The notes under the pieces: model-generated
The model's input: the letters and a program-made list of their open reading frames with translations, nothing else
Told to the model about the DNA's origin: nothing
Databases searched by the model: none
Program-made: the position numbers and the translations under genes
Assembly (NCBI GenBank): GCA_032718475.1
Contig: JAUCBJ010001749.1
Coordinates: forward strand, 1-40,267
DNA length: 40,267 bases
Reading direction: 5' to 3'
From: Nemertoderma westbladi
Taxonomy: Eukaryota; Animalia; Xenacoelomorpha
Shown here: piece after piece, positions 11,373 to 21,971 of the stretch
Position numbering within the stretch: the stretch's first letter is position 1
Layout of the letters: each line of letters begins with the position of its first letter

Positions 11373-13467
11373 CTGTTTTTTAAAATTACCACAGTGGATT
11401 TCTCTGATGTGGATTTAGGGAGGGGGCGAGGGTCTTATGTAGAAGCCTTGTTGAATAGTGATAGCCCCGGTAGCCATTGTTATATGGGACCATTAATATG
11501 GGAATTTTTTGTAGGGCAAGCGATTCTGAAATTGACCCCACTTTTGCACTTCATCGTAGCAATTTTCATGCTATTGTAAAATTGTATGCATGTTGGCAGT
11601 TTTTAAAGCATGACAGACTATTTGGTTTGAACGACTGTATTTATGCGTTCGTACTGGTACTCATGGTTAGTAATAATTAGTATAATCGCCTGTAATTATA
11701 ATTACTCATTGTTTCAATTATGATATTTAGGACTGATAAGGTTATTTATATATATGAAAATCTGACAATTATATTTTGTAATATAATTATTTTGTTTTCA
11801 AGTTGGTGTGAAATACGCCATGAAATCAAGGGAATTTAATTCAATGATGGTCTATGGAGTGCTATATACCACGACATGAAATAAAGTAACAGTATTATTT
11901 CAGTATGATGAATAAAACCGGCTCCTTTCCCTGAATTAGTAATTAAAACAAATTTTAATTTTAGAAAAATGAAATTAAATGATTCATTATTCGTAATATT
12001 ATTTTCAATCGAAAATTGAGACGATGCGCAGACATTGCGGGAGACGTTGCGGTGTTTTACAATATTTAAAGTGAGTCTCTATCTATGGCTTTTCATTCGT
12101 GATGAAAGTCGGTGATGATTTATTGACGGCTTATTGCGGTAAGGAACTATATGGAACACCGTTGACGCCAAAGTTTACCACTACTCACGTCTACGAACTT
12201 AATGAGACAAAATTTATGATTCATTAACTCGGTGAGACAAAGTTGGTGAGACAAAGTTAGAGTAGTTAGGTGAAATTTATGTATCTAATAAGTTTGTCGC
12301 ATTAATTTGGTATGCCAGTCCATTACGCCTAGATACGCCCGTTTTGGATTACAAAGTTAGTTCCGTGCTCAGGTCTCCGGGGTAAACATCATACAGTAGT
12401 AGTAAAAGGGGGGTGGCGGATCTTTAGGGTGATAAAAAGAAGCAGTTCTTGCCAATATTTCAACCCAAACATGTATTAAAATACAAATAACAGGCCTTCA
12501 ACAGGGCATAGCTCGTACATACAACTACTATAACTGAAGACCACTAAACACTAGGCCTACATACTATCGATTTGATGTGTGTAGACAGTAGACACAAAAC
12601 ATGAGTAGAGTTCGTAGTTTTTTCGTCTAGATTTTTCACAAAATGAGTAGGCCAGCTCAACTCTGTATAATGTTGATTTTTTGATAAGTGCCGAAAAGTG
12701 ATTTAGTCTACTCGAATTTTTGAAGTTGTCTAAAACACACAAAATTTTTAAATCGCAATATGCCACAGACAAATGGATCCCCCCCCCCCCCCTCCCCACG
12801 TTTGTACAAATCTTATAATATTACATGAAATGAATAGCTAGTTTGACCTCTCACCTCCTTGCTGAGTTGGTTAGTCAGATATTTTATTTTCGCTTTCAAT
12901 CTGTTACTTGTGTAATAGAAATAGATTGAAACCAGTTACGCCGCAGTTATTACTGTATTACACCTTTTTATAGTGGCTCGTTAGTCAGGCCATGGAAGAA
13001 TTCCAAACATATGAGTAAAATCGGAATTTCTTTGCGAAAATATAAATTCAGGTTAATTAACACGGTAAATTATTTATTGATGGCCGATCTTTAAGGTTCT
13101 GATACCCCGAGATGAGTTCCCTGATGTCTACAACTCTGAATTAATAAGGGCAGAGGAATTCTGGTATCCTAAAGTTGAGAAGTATGTACGAAAATATTGC
13201 AAAAGACAATACACTTTTATTTTTTGTCTAAGATTGGGTTTAAATTATCTCTTCATTTTTACTTTTTTCTGCATCAAGTACACTTATAAAGGTGCAGTGT
13301 TACCAGCTTGACTTCTTTGATCCCCCCCCCCCCCCCCCCCCCCTGGTATTAATTGCACACTAGGTATGCCATATAAAAGGGCCTGCGATTGGACGAAACT
13401 TAGATAGACGAGGGGGAGGGGGGGGGGGGGGGGTTACACCCCCCCCCCCCCCCCCCTCCCCGCAGTA

Positions 13468-13764
13468 GGTAAGCAGCAAACTTTGCCCGCGTCCAATCTT
13501 CGCCCGGAGCAATCTTCGCCCTCCAAATGAGCAACAATCGCCCGGCGAAAACCTTCGCCCGTAGACAATCTTCGCCCGCGCGCAACCTTAGCCCAATAAA
13601 CAATTATTGTTTTGGTTAGAAAAAGCCGTCTCTGTAACCTGCTACTTTCCCTCAATTTGTAACTAAAATGGTTACTAACACAAATCTTAATGGGCGAAGA
13701 TTGCCTTGCGGGCGTAGATTGGACGCGGGCGAAGATTGAACGCGGGCGAGGATTGCACCCAACC
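13468..13764. mobile_element. MITE with GG...CC ends and 8(-9)-bp TSD, Mutator-like architecture
   Basis: About 39-bp imperfect TIRs with repeated AATCTTCGCCC motifs. CCGCAGTA is duplicated at 13460-13467 and 13765-13772. Confidence 0.85.
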
Positions 13765-13996
13765 CCGCAGTATCGCGTTTACCCCGTCCGCAATTAATAA
13801 TAGTTTTAAGATGTATTAAAAATCATAATGAAATAATAAATACTAAAATTATAATATATTACTGTACGTCTGGTTCTAATAATTAATATTACATCGATGG
13901 TACCCTGAGATAATTATTTACATATGAAAATTACTAAAAATGGCGAAAACGTTAATTTCGGATCAATTACGAAACTACTCTATTAATCCAGCCAAT

Positions 13997-14587
13997 CTAT
14001 GTTTGATGTTTTCTGATCTGTGAGTCCAGCAGTTTACCCCAAATGAAACTAAAAGGATGGCAAAACTTTGTAGGTTGGCCTGCTTGGTCTACCATGGGAC
14101 GCCCCTCATTGGCCCACTTAAAGAGACTCCCTTCCAGGTTATACAAACTCACTCCATCCATCACCAACATTCCAGATTTCTGTAGTTTCTCGATAATATT
14201 TGAGGATCTATAACCCACCGAACAATAAGCAACTACTAAACACTTTCGGCTTAAACTTCCATCAGTAGGAGGTACTTGACAATGAAATATTCTATCAACT
14301 TCGTTCACAATACTTTCTAGATCGGGGTTATAAGGGTCAATATTCATTGCACCTTTTATGTGACTGATAAAGAACTCATCCTTGTGTCGGGTATCGAGTA
14401 TTACGAGGGATTCGGGGTCGTTATCAGAGTTGGTTAACATCTCGTTCAGAGTTTCAGTTTGTAGTTGATTTACCGAGGGAAACTTTGTTCGAATCCCGGT
14501 TAGAGTGATCCGCATTCCAACGGGAACATTGTTCATCGGTTGGGACTCACCCGAACGACTGGCTTGCGGGTCGGGGGTCGAATCCAT
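13997..14587 (-). CDS. Single-domain rhodanese-like (sulfurtransferase) protein, 196 aa, intronless
   Basis: VILDTR..EF..SHIKGA, active-site loop YCSVGYRS, YNLEGSLFKWANEGRP and C-terminal HPFSFIWGKLL. Confidence 0.9.
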   Translation of the reverse strand: MDSTPDPQASRSGESQPMNNVPVGMRITLTGIRTKFPSVNQLQTETLNEMLTNSDNDPESLVILDTRHKDEFFISHIKGAMNIDPYNPDLESIVNEVDRIFHCQVPPTDGSLSRKCLVVAYCSVGYRSSNIIEKLQKSGMLVMDGVSLYNLEGSLFKWANEGRPMVDQAGQPTKFCHPFSFIWGKLLDSQIRKHQT

Positions 14588-16027
14588 TTATTGCCGTTTT
14601 GGATATGTTTTTTTAGTAGAAACTACCAGCAAACCGGTTGCCGGTTCGGCCTACGGTACATTACATCATAAGCTAAGCTCAGAAGCTGTAGGACTAGTAC
14701 GATGAAAGTACAGCTGTATGCAGGCAGTCTGGTATGTTTAAGTGATTTACGCTACAGCCAGACAGCACTACCTGATACAGATTGAGACCAAAGGCCTACT
14801 ACCAGACTACGTACTACAGTGGAACGGAGAATACAGATTACTGATAATTATATTGCTAGTCCTACTTCTTACTTCTGGGGTAAACGATGAATCTTACAGC
14901 AGTACAGTACGTACGATAGGCCATGTTTACATTCGACTGGTATTTGTGTCCATTATCTAAGTTTACTTATCTTTGGTAATGGTAACTGGCCTGAGGATAT
15001 TTGCGGGTTTAGTTTGTTGGTTTGGTCATGGATGATAGGTCTACTACTGATTTCGCTCATTAGTAGGCTACAGTACTACAGTACTTTATATCGCTACACC
15101 TACACCATTTCTGGAGCTGGAATATAGTGTCGTTATTCTGGAAGCATATGACCCCTCTGTGACGGGATCCTGGTTCTGGGATCCCGATACAGTTCGACTT
15201 GGTAATGTGTTTCCTACTCGCTGCGGCTGACTTCTTGGCTGAAGGACTGACTGGCCGTAGGCCTGGGAAAAAGCTAGAGTTAATCTGAGTGTCGATTTTA
15301 TTAATATAATTAATAGTCTCGATAGTACAGTTTACTGTGCTATTGAGATTGACAAATAGATTTGAGGATTAAATTACATTTTTTTTTTTATTTTTTACTA
15401 GCTAATAAAAATTACTAGCTAACACAAAATCAAAATTACTAGCTACGATATTTTTGTCCGATGGCCAAATATTTGTTCTAGAACAAAAAACGTCATAAAA
15501 AAAGAAAAAGTTGGTAAATTTTTTTATTTTAATTTTTCAATAATGATTTTTTCCACGTACTTACGGAGCCCGGGAAGGGACATGAGAAAAATATTTTTCT
15601 AACACGAGCCCTCGTGTTACTAACACGAGCCCTCGTGTTACTAACACGAGCCCTCGTATTACTAACTCGAGCCCTCGTGTTACTAACACGAGCCCTCGTG
15701 TTAGATAACACGAGCCCTCGTATTACTAACTCGAGCCCTCGTGTTACTAACACGAGCCCTCGTGTTAGCTAACACGAGCCCTCATGGTAGCTCCAACGAC
15801 CATTTACATTAATATTATTACAAATTTGGAGTTGTTTCATTGGTTGTAGTAACATAGGAGAACTAAATTGGAGGGAAATTCAAATTGTATCTCAGTGGTT
15901 CTTACGTTTCTGTTCTGTTCCTGTATGTTTCGTGTATGACAACAGTTCGAAGTTTGCCACTTAATTGAATTCGCAGTAATTCAACTTAGCAACGCGAACT
16001 ATTGCATGCCCAGCACATTTTGACATT

Positions 16028-17240
16028 ATGTGGCCCGATGAGTTAATGCCGCTTCTCAACATTTATTTTGACCTTAGCATGCCTTATAAAGATATTTCGT
16101 CTGTACTCGCCAATGATCATGGGATAAACATTGGTGAGCGACAACTAAAACGTTTATTTAGAGATTTCGGATTACAACGTCGAAATTATACACCATTGGA
16201 AGAAGTTGTAGAATTTATTAAAAATCAATTGGCTGGATCGGGAAGCATGCTGGGTTATAGAATGATGTTTGAAAAGTGTCGCCGCAACGGCTTAGTTGTG
16301 AAAAAGGAGGACGTACGAATAATTCTCAAGGAACTTGATCCACGAGGAGTCGAGCTTAGACAATCGCACCGACTTAAACGACGTTCATACTATGCCAGAG
16401 GTCCAAATTACCTCTGGCATTTGGACGGCTATGATAAACTAAAACCGTTCGGTCTATGTATAGTATAAGCGGTTGCATAGATGGGTTTTCACGGAAGATT
16501 TTGTTCTTAGAAGTTTATAAAACCAATAACAACCCAAAAATTATTGGTGGCTATTTTGTTGATTTAGTAGCTCGCCTTGGTGGGTGCCCTTTAATGGTCA
16601 GGGCAGACTACGGAACTGAAAACACCTACGTGAGAAGCTTTCAGATGTTTTTTCGCCGCAATTGCACTGATGGCTTGGTAACCCGGGCGTATACAGACGG
16701 GCGCAGTACGTCAATCAAAGAATCGAGAGTTGGTGGGGGGTTCTTCGGAAGGAGAACGCGCAGTTCTGGATAGAATTATTTAAAGAATTGCAGGCAGAAG
16801 GTATCCTCCCCGGAGACGTTGTTTCAAAGGCTGTTGTTCAGTTCTGTTTTACTTCACTAATTCAAAACGAACTAGACACATTAGCATCAGTTTGGAACCA
16901 CCATCTTATTCGTCCTTCAAGAAATCCCAACGTTCCAAGCGGTCGACCTAATATTATGTATTGTTCGCCTAGCCTCTACCATGCTACCGAACTAGCTACC
17001 GAACAGCTCGTAACCGTAGCGCCTTCTGAAATTAATACCTGCTGCTCCAACGAATTATTCCGCTCATATATTCCTTGTGATGCCGATGTATATGAACTGT
17101 GCATTCAGTTAATACGTGAGAAGAACCTCCGACGTCCTCTATCCGTAGACGACGCCGTGGAACTTTATCTCATCCTTCACAATGCAATTCGCGAACTTCT
17201 TGGAAACAACGTAAACGATATGTATACTGAGTCAGATTAA
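16028..17240 (+). pseudogene. IS3/IS481-type DDE integrase-transposase with two frameshifts
   Basis: HTH region, then WHLDGYDKLKPFG, CIDGFSRK, RADYGTEN and (after a 1-bp loss near 16712) NQRIESWW, then WNHHLIRPS. A 5-bp insertion near 16461 splits C-I-S-G-C. Confidence 0.9.
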
Positions 17241-17588
17241 CTAATTATTATAGTTGAGTATGATGTAGGTGTGTTTTTATGATATACTGTACTAAAATTA
17301 TTGTCTGTATAGCGAGAATTAATGATAAATTTTGATAATCGATATAATTTATTTATATCAATAATCAACCATCAATCACCCCCCCCCCCCCGCCCGTCGT
17401 TCCTTTATTTGTTATCGGAGATATCTATTATAAATTAAAATAATAAAATAATTACTGACCGTTTGCATTTGAATAATAAAAGTATGTTTAGTATATTTTC
17501 CTTTAATAATAATTATTAATAAAGATATGTTTAATTTAATAATAATTATTATTAATCCTAATACAATTTTTCAAACACTTTCTTAAAG

Positions 17589-17648
17589 GGAAGCAGGACA
17601 ATTCGGTCCAATTAATTTTGTGTTTTGGGACCGAATTGTCCTACATCC
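17589..17648. mobile_element. 60-bp mini-MITE with 9-bp TSD
   Basis: GGAAGCAGGACAATTCGGTCC / GGACCGAATTGTCCTACATCC. Flanks are TTCTTAAAG and TTCTCAAAG. Confidence 0.75.
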
Positions 17649-17848
17649 TTCTCAAAGATAATAATTCATCATAGCGGGCAATGTTTATAATTTATTAATT
17701 AATTAATAATTTACATACCAACAAGGTCCTGGAGATAATCCCTCCAATAGGTTAGCATTCGACGCTCGCGTCGCCGCCGAATTGAACCTTGCTCTGACCA
17801 CTGCACTTCAAATAGCTGTTCAACAATAGTGGCGTCAAGTTCACACTT

Positions 17849-18133
17849 TTACAAGTTTGGTTCTTTGTTAAGTTAATAATGTATTACAATAGTAATTCTC
17901 CTTTCTAGATTCAATGAAGGATTAAAGACTCTGGGAGTTCTAAATAATATACAAGATAATAGAGATATCTTTAAGGAAGTTTTCGTTTATAAAAAACGAA
18001 AACTTCCTTAAAGATATCTCTATTATCTTGTATATTATTTAGAACTCCCAGAGTCTTTAATCCTTCATTGAATCTAGAAAGGAGAATTACTATTGTAATA
18101 CATTATTAACTTAACAAAGAACCAAACTTGTAA
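17849..18133. repeat. Perfect 140-bp-arm palindrome with 5-nt loop, containing a HECT/G2E3-like exon fragment
   Basis: Arms 17849-17988 and 17994-18133. After TTTCTAG the sequence reads FNEGLKTLGVLNNIQDNRDIFKEVF. Confidence 0.9.
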
Positions 18134-20105
18134 TTGCCTTTCGTCGTCATAGTAACGATCATTAATTGTTGATAATTATAGTTAATAAAATAATTAATTA
18201 ATTAAATAAATATTGTAAATTCAACAACTTTAATAAAACATGGATCAATAGAAAGGAGTGAAGGAAATTAAGAAAGTGAAAGAGATTGATTAAGTTACAT
18301 AAATTTTAGATAATTGTAATTATTCAGCAATTAAGTTTCACAACTAATCGTTATAATTAATGGCAGTTTTTAAATATAGGAAAATTACTGCTCTAGTGGC
18401 CGGCGAATGCGATCGAAGCAAATAAACTTCATAAAGACTGGAGACAAGTGTATCTCTATGGGTGACAAGTGTATCTCTATTTAGTAGTACTGTAATACTG
18501 TATAACTTCTGGGCTTATCTTGTCGGTTACCATCCCAGGAATGAACTCGCCCAAGCTTCGTTCTCTCATGAATGTTTCAAGTTCGTTATTTATATTCACA
18601 CTTAGTCAGTATACCTGCAGCCGTTAAGAGAAACGCGAAATATATAATAGGCCTACTGTATACTGAACAGTAACGTAAGAACCACTGATATACAATTTTA
18701 ATTTCCCTCCAATTTAGTTCTCCTATGTTTTTACTACAACCAATCAAACAACTCCAAATTTGTAATATTAACGTAAATGGTCGTGTTAGCTAACACGAGG
18801 GCTCGTGTTACTAACACGATGGCTCGTGTTAGCTAACACGATGGCTCGTGTTAGCTAACACGATGGCTCGTGTTATAACACGAGGGCATGTGTTAGTAAC
18901 ACGAGGGCTCGTGTTATGTAGTAACACGAGCCCTCGTATTAGCTAACACGAGCCCTCGTGTTAGTAACACGAGCCCTCGTGTTAGCTAACACGACCATTT
19001 ACGTTTGTTAATATTGGGGAAATTAAAATTGTAAATAAAGTAAAAAAAATTTTTTTGAACTCTCGCATTATCGTTATTTTTCAACACTCGATATTTTTAC
19101 TCGCGTTATTTTTACTCTCGATATTTTTCATGTCTCGATATTTTTCAATATAACCCACCTACAGGGAGTGCCAAAGTGACAATTAGTATATAAGCCAATA
19201 GCGGGCAGGGGAGCACATGGGGAAAGATAGGAAAGCATCCATTGGGTAGCAAAAGTACAGTAGAGGTGAAACCAATATCTATGTGTATCAATCATATAGT
19301 TATCCCGATTACTGATTTACCGGTCAGTTCATTAATCACAGAGTTGCAGACCGGTTATAGTTTTAACCATCACTTCATCACTCTATACACTGCTGTTGTA
19401 ATTCTGTATTGCAATTTCAATCATATACTGTTATACATTCTGTGCTATTATCATTGGAACATTAACATTGAGAAACACAAACTCTGTTATTTTCCCGACG
19501 GCCTTCGGCCAAAGATATAAGTTCAGCAGCCCAGCAGAAAGTGACGCGTATAACCAAACCCGGTCGGGATCCTTGAACTCGATCCCGTCACATAGTATTG
19601 GTGAGATTTCAGGACAGAGGGATTTCAGGATTTGTTGTGATTGTGATTTCTGGATTTGTCCGTTTATTGTTTTGTTATACTGTACTGTTATATGATGTGA
19701 TTTGTTTGGTTTTGGTGTTATTTGTTCTGATTTGGCTGTGTGGTGTGATTTGTTCTGATTTGGGTTTTTAGACCGATCCTTTACTGTACTGCTGTACTGT
19801 TTTTAGTCCTACCGCCTTTCTGCCTTTTACAATTTGGTTTTACCATTTACCTTGGTTTTAGCAGTTTCAGAGTTTAGCATTTACTGTAGTTATGGGGCGC
19901 CATTCTGGTCAATTGCACATGCCATTCTCGCTGCGAGATGTCATTCTCGCAGCGAGATGTCATTCTCGCAGCGAGATGTCATTCTCGCAGCGAGATGTCA
20001 TTCTGTCTGCGAGATGCCTTTCTCACTGCGAGATGTCCCATTTTCTGTTTATTTTTATTTTACTGAATCCAGTATCTCAATCTGTACTTTACTTGTAACA
20101 CTGAA

Positions 20106-20905
20106 ATGGGTTGGTCAAAAATTGTTGTCGACGAAGATCGCTTACATTTTCGACGACGGTTTAAAATTGATGATATATACTGCTCTGCTATGATATAGCT
20201 ACTGTAGATTGATGAATATTAGTCCGAAGACATTGCGTCGACGCCGAGAAGAGCTAATTGAAGAGGCCAAGGTTATCATCCAAGGTTAATATGGCCAAGG
20301 GAACTAGACAGTAATAATGACATCCACATATTTGCTTTGCATTATATTTATATGCCACGTATACAAAGATCAGATCACTGCAACTACTACTTGAACAATG
20401 AACACGCACTATCTTCAATTAACAATAGATCTCCAAGTCAAATTTAGACCGAATCTATGATTTTAAGGGGAGTTCACCATTTTACAGATTATTTATTAAA
20501 AGATTATAGTTTTTGATCTAAATATTGTACAGCTAACAGTGGCACGTTATTTTAATAACGTCAATAGAACAGGTTTCAGTTTTAATTTTGAGTGTAAATA
20601 GTTATTAACTATATAACTAAATAGTTATTGACTATATAACTAAATAGTTATTGACTATATAACTAAATAGTTTTATTTTTTGGCTAAATTGGTAACCCCC
20701 CCCCCCAGCAATAATTTCCACCTGGATAATGACAATATACATAAATTATATGATAACTTTGAAGTGCGTTACGATGAAGAGGAGGGGGATATTATTGTGG
20801 CTGAGTTTGAAAAGGACTTCAACCCATACAACTACTGTACATAATATTGATCCACTTCAGGACGATGGAAATTTCGTTATTCATCTATACAAACAGTATG
20901 TTTAA
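20106..20905 (+). pseudogene. Integrase N- and C-terminal remnants
   Basis: Removing CTGTA at 20202-20206 restores the HTH-like IARLMNISPKTLRRRREEL. Removing CTGTA at 20835-20839 restores QLHNIDPLQDDGNFVIHLY, which resembles the C-terminal motif of this integrase family. Confidence 0.6.
20595..20672. repeat. 23-bp tandem repeat x3.4
   Basis: TAAATAGTTATT(A/G)ACTATATAAC. Confidence 0.9.
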
Positions 20906-21070
20906 TCACTAATGTAGAGAGAGATGTGGCAACACTGAAAAGAATGGTGAAACTAATTCTGTATAATATATATTCTTTAAACTTCTTATTGTTATACAGT
21001 ATATTGATTATAAGTGTATTTTTTGTAGTATCGTTCTACAACATTCAGTATTACAGTAATTATACTATTA

Positions 21071-21854
21071 CTAGTGACGGGCCTAGCGGACCGATAAGGA
21101 ACCGACTTTTTATTTCAAATAAAAAAGATAACGAGAAATAGTATAGAACTAATTATGTAAAAATACAATCATATTTCATACAATAATTACTAAGAAATTC
21201 GATCTATTATTAGTTGCTTAATTCTAGAACAAAATCAACCTGCAAATCGTGAAGACCTCGTTTTGGTATTTCGAAACCATGTTGCTGGTCCGATGCGCGA
21301 TATCGAGTTTAGTTAATAAATTGTTAACTACATCAATTTATATGTACACAGTAATAAGAAATCCTTATGAATGTAATCAAATACAAATCATTCTAGAAAA
21401 ATTTCCTCAAAAAGTATCAAGTCTTGGCATTGGTGCTTCAAAACTAGGCTAGTCAGATTCAGGATATTGCGTTTAATATAAGAATCGAAAACCCCATCTA
21501 ATTCCTTAAAGGCGTTAATAAAATATTGCAACTTTTTTGAAACATGGACAGTCAGAAAGAGGACATCGAATTAAGTTGAAAGATTAAAACCCCATCGAAT
21601 TTGGACTAAGTGTTCCTGAGTTATAGCTGATCTAAAAAAAATTACCCCCACCCAAGTTTTTTTCAATTTTTTGCGTTTTTTTTTATAGGGAATCAATTGG
21701 CAATACTGGCTATGAAATTTTTTTTTGAAATTTTTGGTCATAAAAAAACATGGGAAAAGTATCTTCTCAACTCTACACACTACTGTATAACTAGTCAAAA
21801 ACCATTCAGGTAGCCAGCATTTCCCAGGAACCTACTGCTATATACTGTAATAGA
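21071..21854 (-). mobile_element. Non-autonomous Helitron-like insertion
   Basis: On the minus strand it starts TC and ends with a GC hairpin (CGGTCC-GCTA-GGCCCG) followed by CTAG and T. No TSD. Confidence 0.5.
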
Positions 21855-21971
21855 CATCTCGCTGCGAGAATGACATCTCGCTGCGAAAATGACATGTGCA
21901 TTTGACCAGAACGGCGCCCCATATTTAGTACTGTAGCTGTGTAGTGCAAGTGCAGTAGTGCCTTGCACCTA

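Larger units (their letters stand above)
15562..18995 (+). mobile_element. IS3EU-like integrase DNA transposon, decayed; right terminus rearranged or lost
   Basis: TACGG left end. Arrays of AACACGAGCCCTCGTGTTA at 15600-15785 and 18783-18995. About 120 bp of unique inverted sequence at 15796-15915 versus 18665-18783. Contains a DDE integrase. Confidence 0.8.
15158..19592 (+). mobile_element. Probable LTR (or Ginger-like TGT...ACA element) split by about 3.8 kb of nested insertions
   Basis: TGTGACGGGATC..GGATCCCGA at 15158 is inverted as TCGGGATCC..GATCCCGTCACA ending 19592. TATATAA lies near 19187 and a TGG (weak PBS) just downstream of the right end. No TSD. Confidence 0.5.
19891..21923 (+). 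mobile_element. Second IS3EU-like element, internally deleted
   Basis: TATGGGGCGCC...GGCGCCCCATA TIRs with 19-bp subterminal repeats ATTCTCGCAGCGAGATGTC. The 6-bp flanks are TGTAGT and TTTAGT. Confidence 0.85.

Noticed and set aside
13411-13460. G-run/C-run hairpin and other homopolymer tracts
   Set aside because: Common in repeat debris, lengths are unreliable in assemblies, and there is no evidence of function.
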